A DNA stretch of 64,000 bases from Chloroflexota bacterium (lineage in GTDB: Bacteria; Chloroflexota; Limnocylindria; P2-11E), in the NCBI GenBank assembly GCA_005889405.1, contig VBFY01000068.1:440-64439 (forward strand), written 5' to 3'. The notes beneath the pieces are model-generated. The model did no database searches. It saw only the letters and a list, made by a program, of their open reading frames with translations, and was not told the origin of the DNA. A program made the translations under genes and the position numbers. Numbering within the stretch: the stretch's first letter is position 1; each line of letters begins with the position of its first letter. Shown here piece by piece: positions 37,008 through 45,932 of this stretch.

Positions 37008-37867
37008 TCGCGGTCGGGCCGCCCGACGCTCGTTATCCCGCGCGGCTTCGAGCGCTCGAACACCCACCGGATCCGCTGTGGATCGACGGCGACACAGCGG
37101 CTCTCGCGGCCCGAGCCGTCGCCATCGTTGGAACGCGACGCATGACAACGTACGGCGAGCGCGTCGCTCGAGAGCTCGCGGGAGCGTGCGCCAGCGAAGG
37201 CGTCGTGGTCGTGTCCGGTCTCGCGCAGGGGATCGACAGCGCGGCGCATCGCGGCGCGCTCGACGGTGGTGGTCGCACCGTCGCGGTCCTCGGCGAGGGG
37301 ATCGTGCTCTTCCTCGCGACCGTGCGCGGCCGGCGCCGACCGCTCGTGCCGCGCATCCGCGCGAACGGCGCGCTGGTGTCGCAGTACGCGCCGAGCTTTT
37401 GCGCGCAGCCGTGGATGTTCGCGCGGCGTAACGCGACGATCGCCGCTCTCGCGGAGGCCGTCGTGGTGGTCGAGGCGGGGGAGGAGTCCGGCGCGCTCAT
37501 CACCGCCGAGGCGGCACGTCATCTGCGGCGCCCGCTGTTCGCGGTCCCGGGGCCGCTTGGCTCCGCCGCATCGGTCGGGACGAACGCGCTCATCGCGTCT
37601 GGCGCCGCGCGAGCTTTGCTCGGCGCGCAAGCGGTCTTGGCGGTGCTTGGCGTCGAAGGTCCGGCCGGCGTCGCGCCGCCCACCGATCCGATCCTCGAAG
37701 CGCTCTCCGCCGGAGCGCTGGACGCCGATGCCCTGCGACGACGCGTGCGCATGACGGAGGGCGAGCTCGCCCAGCGGCTGCTGCGGCTCACGCTCGCCGG
37801 TCTGGTCACGAAGACACCGGATGGACGCTACTGCGGTGTACGCGAAGCGGACACACCAAGCAGATGA
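37004..37867 (+). CDS. dprA: DNA-processing protein DprA (no N-terminal SAM domain)
   Basis: AIVGTR..T.YG, VSGLAQGIDSAAH, RRNATIAAL, EAGEESGALITA, VPG, GTNALI; C-terminal winged helix. Confidence 0.92.
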   Translation: MIAVGPPDARYPARLRALEHPPDPLWIDGDTAALAARAVAIVGTRRMTTYGERVARELAGACASEGVVVVSGLAQGIDSAAHRGALDGGGRTVAVLGEGIVLFLATVRGRRRPLVPRIRANGALVSQYAPSFCAQPWMFARRNATIAALAEAVVVVEAGEESGALITAEAARHLRRPLFAVPGPLGSAASVGTNALIASGAARALLGAQAVLAVLGVEGPAGVAPPTDPILEALSAGALDADALRRRVRMTEGELAQRLLRLTLAGLVTKTPDGRYCGVREADTPSR

Positions 37868-37964
37868 GCGCCGCGAAGCGGGCGCGATTATCGGGGCGGG
37901 TAGTGATACCTCGCCGCGACACGGGACGAGGCGGCTGGATGGAATCTCACGCGGGGGGTGTGGG

Positions 37965-38933
37965 ATGGGCGTGATCCCATTGCGGCCCGGGCATCCTTCG
38001 GCGACGACCAGCGAGGACTGTCGTCTCTGCGCCCAGATGAAAGCGCGTGACGCGGACCTCGCATCCGGCCTGCCCGAGCTGCGTCAGACTCTCCCGCTCG
38101 CGTTCGCGGTGACCGTCGGCCTTCTCATCGCGGCGATCGATCGCGGCCCGGCGGGTTGGTTGGGGGGCGGCGTCGCCGCCGGCATCGCGGCGTGCGTGGT
38201 CTACGTATGGTCCGCGCGTCGCACCCTGCTTCGCAGCGCGCACGAGGCGCACGCGAAGGAGCTCCAGAAGCAGGTCGAGGATGCCGATAGCCGCGTCGAG
38301 CTCGTCGTGAAGCAGTTCGAATGGGCGGTCGGCGACGTCGCGAAGCTGAGGCGCCAACTCGACCAGTCCGAGGCGACCGTTCGACTGCTCACGGAGCGCA
38401 GCCGGGAGCGCGAGCATCGAAGCGAGCAGCTCGTGCGCCAGATCTCGCGGCTGCGCGAGCGTCTTGCGGAGATCGCGATGGCCGCCTCGCTGACCGGGAC
38501 CGCCAAGAAGTCGTCCTCGCGTCCGCACCTCGACGCGATCTATTTCACATGGGGACTTCACCTCGACGGTCCGAGAGCGCGTCTTGAGCTGCAGACGGCC
38601 GCGAACGGCGAGAGTCCCGCTCGGGTCCGCGTGATGGACCGCGATGGCCAGATCGTCGCCGTCAGCGGGGTCGCTGTGGTGTCGCAGGACGGGAATCTCG
38701 AGTTCCAGCTCGAACCCCCACTCGATCTCATTGCGGACCTCGATGATGGTCAGGAGGTCGACTATGCGATCGAGGCGCTCGTCGACGACGAATGGAAGCC
38801 CGTGCGGCTGAATGACACCGGCCGCCGGACGTGGAGCGTCGTCGACGTCGAGGGCCGGCTGTCGCGCGTGCCGGTCGCGCCGGACGCGTCCCGGGCGAGC
38901 GAGGCGACGCACGGACGCTCCGCGCTGAACTAG
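37965..38933 (+). CDS. Hypothetical membrane-anchored coiled-coil protein
   Basis: N-terminal CxxC, two TM helices, about 90-aa coiled coil, beta-rich C-terminus; start uncertain. Confidence 0.65.
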   Translation: MGVIPLRPGHPSATTSEDCRLCAQMKARDADLASGLPELRQTLPLAFAVTVGLLIAAIDRGPAGWLGGGVAAGIAACVVYVWSARRTLLRSAHEAHAKELQKQVEDADSRVELVVKQFEWAVGDVAKLRRQLDQSEATVRLLTERSREREHRSEQLVRQISRLRERLAEIAMAASLTGTAKKSSSRPHLDAIYFTWGLHLDGPRARLELQTAANGESPARVRVMDRDGQIVAVSGVAVVSQDGNLEFQLEPPLDLIADLDDGQEVDYAIEALVDDEWKPVRLNDTGRRTWSVVDVEGRLSRVPVAPDASRASEATHGRSALN

Positions 38934-38936
38934 CGC

Positions 38937-40787
38937 CTAGTACGACGCGGCGAGCAGCTTGGTCGGATCCGCCTGGAGCGGGATGATGTTCGCGGTCCGT
39001 AGCGCCGCTGTGTCGAGCACCGCGACCGCGTGCTGGAGCCCGGCGAGCGCCACATAAAGCTCGTCGGCGTTCGGCGAGATCGCGAGGTCGACCACCGATC
39101 CGAGGAACGACGTGCGCGCGCGCACGCGTTCGTTGCCGAGGTCGATCGCGAGCACGCCGTTCGCGGTACCCACGTACAGCGCGTCCTCGCCAGGCGAGAC
39201 CGCGATCGCCGTCGCCTCGCTGTCGATCGTGATGCGTTGCACGACCGCGTACTGCTCGGTATCGACGACGTCGATCACGTTCTTGCCGCGGACCGCGGTG
39301 TAGATGCGCGTTCCGGACCCGTTCATCGACATCGCGCCGGCGGGGCCGTCGAGCGGGACGGTGTAGGGCGTGCGTCCGCCGAGATTGAGATACAGCAGCT
39401 CGACCCCGCGTGGCGTGGCCACGAAGATGTGATTGTGTTTGTAACTCGGCGCGAGCTCCTGTGGCGCGCCCCCGTAGTCGAAGAACTCCTGCTGGCCGGT
39501 GGTGAGGTCGATCTGCTGCGCGCCGCGCGGCCCCACGATGAGCGCGGATACGCCGTCGCGATTCGCGCCCACGATGCCGCCGTCGATGGCGACCGTGCGC
39601 GTGGTGGGCTCGCCGCCGGTGAGATCCCAGGCGGTGAGCGCCTTGCCGTCCAGTGCGAGCAGGGTGCGGCCGTCGGTCTGCACAGCGACTGACGAGGCAT
39701 GCACCCACGTGGGCGCGAGAGCGCTGTCATGCGGGCGGCCGATCCCCACGGTGCCGCCGGACACGACGACCAGGCGCACCTCACGCGGGGGACGCGCGAG
39801 GGGCGGCTGGTAGTGGTCGATCGTAGAGTGCGTCTTCTTCCTCCAGCCGTCACGCGCGACGAAGGGATACGCGTCCACGGCACCGCCGGGTCCGAGGATC
39901 CCGTACGGCGTGTCGCCGATGAGGTCGTTGTCGGCGTCGGTGCCCTTGTAGTCCGCCCACCAGTTGCCCTCCTTCTTGTCGGCGTCGTACCAGTGGTTGG
40001 CGTCGGGGTTGTTGTCGCTCACCTGGGGCGAGTTCCCGGCGACGTTGTTGTGGAAGATGGTGTTGTTCTTCGCGTCGCTGAACCAGATGCCCCAGTTCAC
40101 GTTGTTCTCGATGGTGTTCTCGACGATTCGGTTACCGGTACTGCGGTACAGGTAGATGCCGAAGCCGCCGGGGCTGTTGTAGGTCTGCCGGACCAGGTTG
40201 TTCCCCTCGATGATGTTGTCGTTCGAATCCTGCAGGTGCAGACCGTAGACGTTCCCCACGACCGTCGAGCGGCGGATCGCGTTCTGGCTCGAGGCGTGGA
40301 TGTAGAAGCCGAATCGGTTGCGCTCGCTCGTCACGTCCTCGATCCGCGACTTCACCTCGTCGACGAAGTAGATGCCGGTCGAGAACTGGCTGATCGTTCC
40401 GTTCCGGATCGTCACGTTCGTGTGCCCGCCGGTCCGCACGCCGACCGAATCGAGCTGCGGCAGCGGCCAGGTCTGCGGGCCCATCCCCGGGCCCGTGATC
40501 GTGCGCCCGCCGAGGTCGAGCGTGACGTTGTCGGCGTTGATCACGAAAGCGTCGGTGGTGCAGGTCATGTCGTTCGCCAGCAGGAAGTCCGCCGTGATGC
40601 GCTGGCCGCACTGCGCGCTCTGCGCCGTGGCGCTGATCGCCGGCGTGGGTGTGGGCGACCCGCTCGCAGCGGGGCTGACCCCCGCGGACGTGGACGCCAC
40701 CGGTGCGGCCTCGGTGCCGGGACGGGCGGTCTGGCAAGCGACTGCCGCGACAACGAGCAGCGCGATGCCAGCGGCCCGTACGCGCAT
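38937..40787 (-). CDS. Lipoprotein with right-handed beta-helix (NosD-like) and YVTN-like propeller
   Basis: Lipobox VAAVA-C; ADNVTLDLGG, N/G/I repeats, GNWWADYKG.D...IGDTPY; C-terminal propeller repeats. Confidence 0.78.
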   Translation of the reverse strand: MRVRAAGIALLVVAAVACQTARPGTEAAPVASTSAGVSPAASGSPTPTPAISATAQSAQCGQRITADFLLANDMTCTTDAFVINADNVTLDLGGRTITGPGMGPQTWPLPQLDSVGVRTGGHTNVTIRNGTISQFSTGIYFVDEVKSRIEDVTSERNRFGFYIHASSQNAIRRSTVVGNVYGLHLQDSNDNIIEGNNLVRQTYNSPGGFGIYLYRSTGNRIVENTIENNVNWGIWFSDAKNNTIFHNNVAGNSPQVSDNNPDANHWYDADKKEGNWWADYKGTDADNDLIGDTPYGILGPGGAVDAYPFVARDGWRKKTHSTIDHYQPPLARPPREVRLVVVSGGTVGIGRPHDSALAPTWVHASSVAVQTDGRTLLALDGKALTAWDLTGGEPTTRTVAIDGGIVGANRDGVSALIVGPRGAQQIDLTTGQQEFFDYGGAPQELAPSYKHNHIFVATPRGVELLYLNLGGRTPYTVPLDGPAGAMSMNGSGTRIYTAVRGKNVIDVVDTEQYAVVQRITIDSEATAIAVSPGEDALYVGTANGVLAIDLGNERVRARTSFLGSVVDLAISPNADELYVALAGLQHAVAVLDTAALRTANIIPLQADPTKLLAASY

Positions 40788-40840
40788 TTCGAAAGCCTAT
40801 ACAACGGCGTCGGGCGCGGGTTCCCGCGAGACTGCATTGA

Positions 40841-41455
40841 GTGCGCGAGGAACCGCAGCGGATCGACGGCCGGCTCGAAGGCACGCTCCGCGTGCCCGAC
40901 GGCGAGCCGCGCGCGATCGTGGTCATCGCGCATCCCCTGCCGACGCACGGCGGCGAGATGCGCAACCCGCTCGTCGCCGGCATCGCGCGCGCCTGTGCGG
41001 AGCGCGGCTGGGATGCGCTGCGGTTCAACTTCCGCGGCGTTGGGGCCAGCGACGGCACATGGACCGGCGGTCGCGATGAAGCGGAGGACGTCGGCGCCGC
41101 GGTCGCGCACGCGCGTGGCATCGCGGCGACGCGGCCGGTGGGGCTCGTCGGCTACAGCTTCGGCGCGCTCATGGCGCTGCGGTGGACTTCGCGAGGCGGA
41201 CACGTTGACGCGCTCGTGCTCGTGGGCCTGCCCCTGCGGTCGGTGAACGGAGGCGAGAACGATCTGCCGCCGGTCGCCGACGACACGTGCATCGTCGCCG
41301 CGGAGCGCGATCAGTTCGGCACCCCCGCGGAGCTCCGCGAGCGTTTCCCCGGGGCGCGCATCGCAGCGATCCGCGGCGCGGATCACTTCTTCGTCGGACA
41401 CCGCGAAGAGCTGCAGCGACTCGTGACCGAAGAGCTGGCGCGCACGTTAGGATGA
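40841..41455 (+). CDS. Alpha/beta-fold hydrolase (COG2945-like)
   Basis: HPLPTHGG.M.N, LRFNFRGVG.S.G, GYSFG, D.FG, ADHFF. Confidence 0.85.
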   Translation: MREEPQRIDGRLEGTLRVPDGEPRAIVVIAHPLPTHGGEMRNPLVAGIARACAERGWDALRFNFRGVGASDGTWTGGRDEAEDVGAAVAHARGIAATRPVGLVGYSFGALMALRWTSRGGHVDALVLVGLPLRSVNGGENDLPPVADDTCIVAAERDQFGTPAELRERFPGARIAAIRGADHFFVGHREELQRLVTEELARTLG

Positions 41456-41462
41456 CGGTCCC

Positions 41463-42509
41463 ATGACCGCGGAAGTGAGCGTTCCGAAGACCGCGCCTGC
41501 GGCCAAGCAGACGCGAAAGCGCATCCTGACGGGCGATCGCCCGACGGGGCGGCTGCACGTGGGCAACTACGTGGGGACGCTCGCGAACCGGGTGAGGCTG
41601 CAGGACGAGTACGAGACGTTCCTGCTCGTGGCCGATCATCACATGCTCACGACGAAGCTCGATGGGCTGAGCCAGATCGAGCAGAACATCCGCGACGATG
41701 TCATCGACAACCTCGCGGTCGGCGTCGATCCCGAGAAGGTCACGTACATCCTGCAGTCCCTCGTGCCCCAGATCCCCGAGCTGCATCTGTACTTCTCGAT
41801 GCTCGTTTCAGTCCCAAGGGTGCAGCGGATCCCGACGCTGAAGGATCAGCTTCGGGATCACGGTCTCGCACAGCCGACATACGGCCTTCTCGGCTACCCG
41901 GTGCTGCAGGCCGCGGACATCCTCATCGTGAAAGGCAATCTCGTTCCCGTGGGCCGTGACCAGGAGTCGCACATCGAGCTGACGCGCGAGATCGCGCGGC
42001 GCTTCAACGAGCTCTTCGCTCCGGTGTTCCCGGTCCCGGAGGCGCTCATTCCCGACATGGGCCTTCTCCCAGGCGTCGACGGACGGGAGAAGATGGGAAA
42101 GAGCCTCGATAACGCGATCTACCTCGGCGACGACTCGAAGACGCTGGAGAAGAAGATCAGGTCGATGTACACCGACCCGAACCGCGTGCGCGCCGACACA
42201 CCGGGCCGCGTCGAAGGGAATCCGGTGTTCGTCTACCACGACGCGTTCAATCCGGACAAGACCGAGGTCGACGAGCTCAAGTCGCGCTACCGCGAAGGAA
42301 AGGTCGGAGACGCCGAGGTAAAGCGCCTGCTGCTCGCGGCGATGGAGAACTTCCTCGCGCCGATCCGCGAGCGCCGCGCGGAGCTCGAGGCGAAGCCGAG
42401 GCTCGTGGACGAGATCCTCGCGGCCGGCAGCGAGCGCGCGCGGCGCGAGGCGACCGCGACGCTGCACGAGGTCCGCCAGGCGATGCATCTCGACTACTTC
42501 GGGCGCTAG
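41463..42509 (+). CDS. trpS: Tryptophanyl-tRNA synthetase
   Basis: LTGDRPTG.LHVGN, GYPVLQAADI, VPVGRDQ..H.E..R, KMGKS. Confidence 0.94.
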   Translation: MTAEVSVPKTAPAAKQTRKRILTGDRPTGRLHVGNYVGTLANRVRLQDEYETFLLVADHHMLTTKLDGLSQIEQNIRDDVIDNLAVGVDPEKVTYILQSLVPQIPELHLYFSMLVSVPRVQRIPTLKDQLRDHGLAQPTYGLLGYPVLQAADILIVKGNLVPVGRDQESHIELTREIARRFNELFAPVFPVPEALIPDMGLLPGVDGREKMGKSLDNAIYLGDDSKTLEKKIRSMYTDPNRVRADTPGRVEGNPVFVYHDAFNPDKTEVDELKSRYREGKVGDAEVKRLLLAAMENFLAPIRERRAELEAKPRLVDEILAAGSERARREATATLHEVRQAMHLDYFGR

Positions 42510-42514
42510 GCGCC

Positions 42515-43585
42515 TTGCCCCGCCTCTATGCGCTGATCCTCTCGGGCGGCGCGGGCACGCGGCTCTGGCCTCTGTCACGTCGCGACAAGCCGAAGCAGTT
42601 CCTTCCGCTCACCGGTGAGCGCACGCTGCTCCAGGACACGGTCGATCGCGTCGTCGAGTTCATCCCGCTCGAGCGCATCTTCGCGGTCGCGCCGCCGGAG
42701 CACCGCGTCCTCATCCACGAGCAGCTGCCCGAGCTGCGCACGGATCACGTGGTCATCGAGCCCTATCCGCGCGGCAACGCCGCGGCCATCGGCCTCGCGA
42801 TGGCGGCGCTGCACGCGTTCGATCCGGAGGCCGTCGTCGCGATCCTGCCTTCGGATCACGTCATCGAGCGGCGCGGAAAGTTCCGCGAGGTGCTTGTCGC
42901 CGCGACCGCGGCGGCTGAGGCGGGGGATCTGGTCACGCTGGGCATCGAGCCGGAGAACCCCGACACCGGGTTCGGCTACATCGAAGCGGGGGATCGACTC
43001 GACCTGCGGACACCGCTCCCGGTGCACGCCGTGAAACGTTTCATCGAGAAGCCGAAGCGCGACGCGGCCGAGAAGATGATCGCCGCCGGTGGGCACTACT
43101 GGAACGCGGGGATGTTCGTGTGGCGCGTCTCGGAGATCCTGCGCGCGTTCGACGAACACCTTCCCGGAACCGCGAAAGCCATCCATTCCCTCACCGACGC
43201 GGTCGGCACGCCGCGCTACGAGGGAGTGCTCGCCGAGGTGTGGGAAGAGACCGACAAGACCACGATCGATTACGGGATCCTCGAAAAGGCCCGGAATGTC
43301 GCGGTCGTGCCGGCGGACATCGGCTGGCACGACGTCGGGAGCTGGGCGCGGCTCGCCGCCATCGTCCAGCGCACGGACAACTGGTCGTCCGACGGGCACC
43401 TGGCGATCGCCTCCGGCGACAACTACGCCTGGGCGCCGGGAAAGGTCGTGGCCCTCGTGGGGGTCGAGGGGCTGATCGTCGTTGACACTCCGGACGCCCT
43501 GCTGGTGGCCACGAAAGAGCGTGCCGAGGAGGTAAAGGAAGTCGTCGACCGGCTCCGCCGGGAGGAGCGCGAGGAGCTGCTCTAG
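42515..43585 (+). CDS. manC: Mannose-1-phosphate guanylyltransferase
   Basis: ILSGG.GTRLWPLSR..KPKQF, EPYPRGNA.AI, PSDH, FIEKP, WNAGMF, IDYGILEK, W.DVGSW. Confidence 0.92.
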   Translation: MPRLYALILSGGAGTRLWPLSRRDKPKQFLPLTGERTLLQDTVDRVVEFIPLERIFAVAPPEHRVLIHEQLPELRTDHVVIEPYPRGNAAAIGLAMAALHAFDPEAVVAILPSDHVIERRGKFREVLVAATAAAEAGDLVTLGIEPENPDTGFGYIEAGDRLDLRTPLPVHAVKRFIEKPKRDAAEKMIAAGGHYWNAGMFVWRVSEILRAFDEHLPGTAKAIHSLTDAVGTPRYEGVLAEVWEETDKTTIDYGILEKARNVAVVPADIGWHDVGSWARLAAIVQRTDNWSSDGHLAIASGDNYAWAPGKVVALVGVEGLIVVDTPDALLVATKERAEEVKEVVDRLRREEREELL

Positions 43586-43592
43586 CAGGGCG

Positions 43593-43716
43593 GCCGGAAG
43601 GCGAACCACTGAGAGCCTCTATCGCGGGCGCGCCGGGCAGAGGCTCGTGGGAACAAGGCCTCTAGCCGGTACATTTAAAGTGGTAGTAGCGGTAGGGCGC
43701 CCGTGAGGGCGCTTTT
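43593..43716 (+). promoter_or_regulatory. Structured manC-topA intergenic region: long irregular hairpin, AT-rich -10-like boxes, GNRA hairpin with U-tract
   Basis: GAGCCTCT/AGAGGCTC, CCAC/GTGG, AGGC/GCCT, GCCGG/CCGGT stems; TACATT/TAAAGT; GCGCCC-GTGA-GGGCGC-TTTT. Confidence 0.5.
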
Positions 43717-43738
43717 CGTTATGTGAAAGGCGGCCCGA

Positions 43739-45922
43739 TTGGCTGACGCGGCAAAACAAGACCTGGTGATCGTGGAATCGCCCACAAAAGCCAGGACGCT
43801 CGAACGGATGCTCGGTCCCGGCTACAAAGTCGAGGCCTCCTACGGCCATATCCGTGACCTGCCCAAGTCGAAGCTCGGGATCGATCTCAGGACGTTCGCT
43901 CCGGAGTACGTCGTCCCCGACGACTCGGAGAAACACGCGCGCCTGCTCCGGAAGGAGGCCAAGACCGCGCCGCATATCTGGCTCGCCACCGACCTCGATC
44001 GCGAGGGCGAGGCGATCGCCTGGCATCTCGCGGACGTGATCGGCGGCGCGAAGAGCAAGCTGCGGCGCGTCACCTTCCACGAGATCACCCCGGCGGCGAT
44101 CGCCGACTCCTTCAAGCATCCGCGCGAGATCGACCAGGATCTGGTGAACGCGCAGCAGGCGCGGCGCGTCGTCGACCGCCTGGTGGGCTACACGATGTCG
44201 CCGCTCCTCTGGAAGAAGATCCGCTACGGGCTGTCGGCCGGCCGGGTCCAGTCGGTCGCGCTGCGGCTCATCGTCGACCGCGAACGCGAGATCCAGGCGT
44301 TCAAGGCCGAGGAGTACTGGAGCATCGACGCGCTCCTGGCGAACCATGCCGGTGAGTCGTTCACGGCCGAGGTCATCCAGCACAAGGGCCACAAGCTGCA
44401 CATCACTACCGGCGACGCGGCCGACAAGCATCGGGCGGCGCTCGCGGACGCGAAGTACGTGGTGAAGAGCCTCGAGAAGCGCGAGAGCTCGCGCAACGCC
44501 GCGCCGCCGTTCACGACGTCGACGTTGCAGCAGGACGCGTCGCGCAAGCTCGGCTTCTCGGTGAAACGCACGATGGTCCTCGCGCAGCAGCTGTACGAGG
44601 GCGTGTCGCTCGGCGACATGCCGATCGGACTCATCACCTACATGCGCACCGACTCGCTCCACGTGGCGGAGAGCGCGCTACACCAGGCAAGGACCGTCAT
44701 CACGAAGGAATTCGGCGCGCAGTACGCGCTTGAGAAGCCGCGTCACTACAAGACGCGCTCGAAGGGTGCGCAGGAAGCGCACGAAGCGATCCGCCCGACG
44801 GATCTGTCGAGGACGCCGACCTACGTGAAGAAGTTCCTGAAACCGGACCAACTCAAGCTGTACACGCTGATCTGGCAACGGACGCTCGCGTCGCAGATGG
44901 CGCCGGCGCGGTTCGAGAACACGCGTCTCGACGTCGACGCCGGCCCGTACGTGCTACGCGCGAACGGACGGCGCGTGACCTTCGATGGCTTCATCCGCGT
45001 CTACGCGGAAGGCACCGATGAGCCGGAGAAGGAGATCGCTCCGCTGCCCGAGGTCACAGCGGGCGAAGATCTGAAGCTCCTCGGTCTCGACGCGGCGCAG
45101 CACTTCACGCAGCCACCGCCGCGGTTCACCGAGGCCTCGCTGGTGAAGACGCTCGAGGAGCACGGCATCGGCCGGCCCTCGACGTACGCGCCGACGATCT
45201 CGACCCTCACCGGGCGCAAGTACGTGCGCAAGGAGGGCCGCGCGCTCGTGCCCGAGGACGTCGGCTTCGTCGTCACCGACTTCCTGAAGGAGCACTTCCC
45301 GGACATCGTCGACAACGGATTCACCGCGCGCATGGAGCTCGATCTCGACCGCATCGCCGGCGGCGAGACCGAGTGGGTCCCCGTGGTGCGCGATTTCTTC
45401 ACGCCGTTCATCAAGCTCGTCGAGGAGAAGACGAAGTCGGTCAAGAAGTCCGACATCACCGAGGAGAAGACCGATCGCATCTGCCCCAAGTGCGGTCGGC
45501 CGGTGATCATCAAGCTCGGTCGCTTCGGGCGCTTCTACTCGTGTACCGGCTTCAAGAGGACGAAGAAAGGCGAGCCGCAGCCGCCCGGCGCGTGCGATTA
45601 CTCCGAGCCGCTCGAGGGCCAGCAGGAGCCACAGCTGGAGATCATCGAAGGCGAGATGTGCCCCGACTGTGGCAAGCCGCTCGCGAGACGGCGCGGACGC
45701 TACGGCCCATTCATCGGCTGCACCGGCTATCCGGACTGCAAGTACATCAAGAAGACGCAGGTGAGGAGCGGCGTGACCTGCCCGCTGTGCGGCCAGGGCG
45801 AGCTGGTGCAGCGCCGCGGACGCGGGCGGTCCGTCTTCTACGGCTGCGAGCGCTATCCCGAATGCACGTTCACGGCGCGCCAGCTGCCCGGCAAAGAAGC
45901 GCCGGGCAAGGACGCGGCGTGA
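43739..45922 (+). CDS. topA: DNA topoisomerase I with C-terminal Zn ribbons
   Basis: IVESPTKA, GHIRDL, ATDLDREGE, SAGRVQS, LYE...ITYMRTDS, QEAHEAIRPT, GIGRPSTY, three Cys ribbons. Confidence 0.96.
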   Translation: MADAAKQDLVIVESPTKARTLERMLGPGYKVEASYGHIRDLPKSKLGIDLRTFAPEYVVPDDSEKHARLLRKEAKTAPHIWLATDLDREGEAIAWHLADVIGGAKSKLRRVTFHEITPAAIADSFKHPREIDQDLVNAQQARRVVDRLVGYTMSPLLWKKIRYGLSAGRVQSVALRLIVDREREIQAFKAEEYWSIDALLANHAGESFTAEVIQHKGHKLHITTGDAADKHRAALADAKYVVKSLEKRESSRNAAPPFTTSTLQQDASRKLGFSVKRTMVLAQQLYEGVSLGDMPIGLITYMRTDSLHVAESALHQARTVITKEFGAQYALEKPRHYKTRSKGAQEAHEAIRPTDLSRTPTYVKKFLKPDQLKLYTLIWQRTLASQMAPARFENTRLDVDAGPYVLRANGRRVTFDGFIRVYAEGTDEPEKEIAPLPEVTAGEDLKLLGLDAAQHFTQPPPRFTEASLVKTLEEHGIGRPSTYAPTISTLTGRKYVRKEGRALVPEDVGFVVTDFLKEHFPDIVDNGFTARMELDLDRIAGGETEWVPVVRDFFTPFIKLVEEKTKSVKKSDITEEKTDRICPKCGRPVIIKLGRFGRFYSCTGFKRTKKGEPQPPGACDYSEPLEGQQEPQLEIIEGEMCPDCGKPLARRRGRYGPFIGCTGYPDCKYIKKTQVRSGVTCPLCGQGELVQRRGRGRSVFYGCERYPECTFTARQLPGKEAPGKDAA

Positions 45923-45932
45923 GGCGCCTCGC

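Noticed and set aside
41463-42509. KMGKS instead of KMSKS in TrpRS
   Set aside because: Single conservative variation in a motif known to vary; the enzyme otherwise looks normal
43676-43716. T-box-like GTGGTA followed by a terminator before topA
   Set aside because: No antiterminator complement or specifier stem found, and topA is not a T-box-type target
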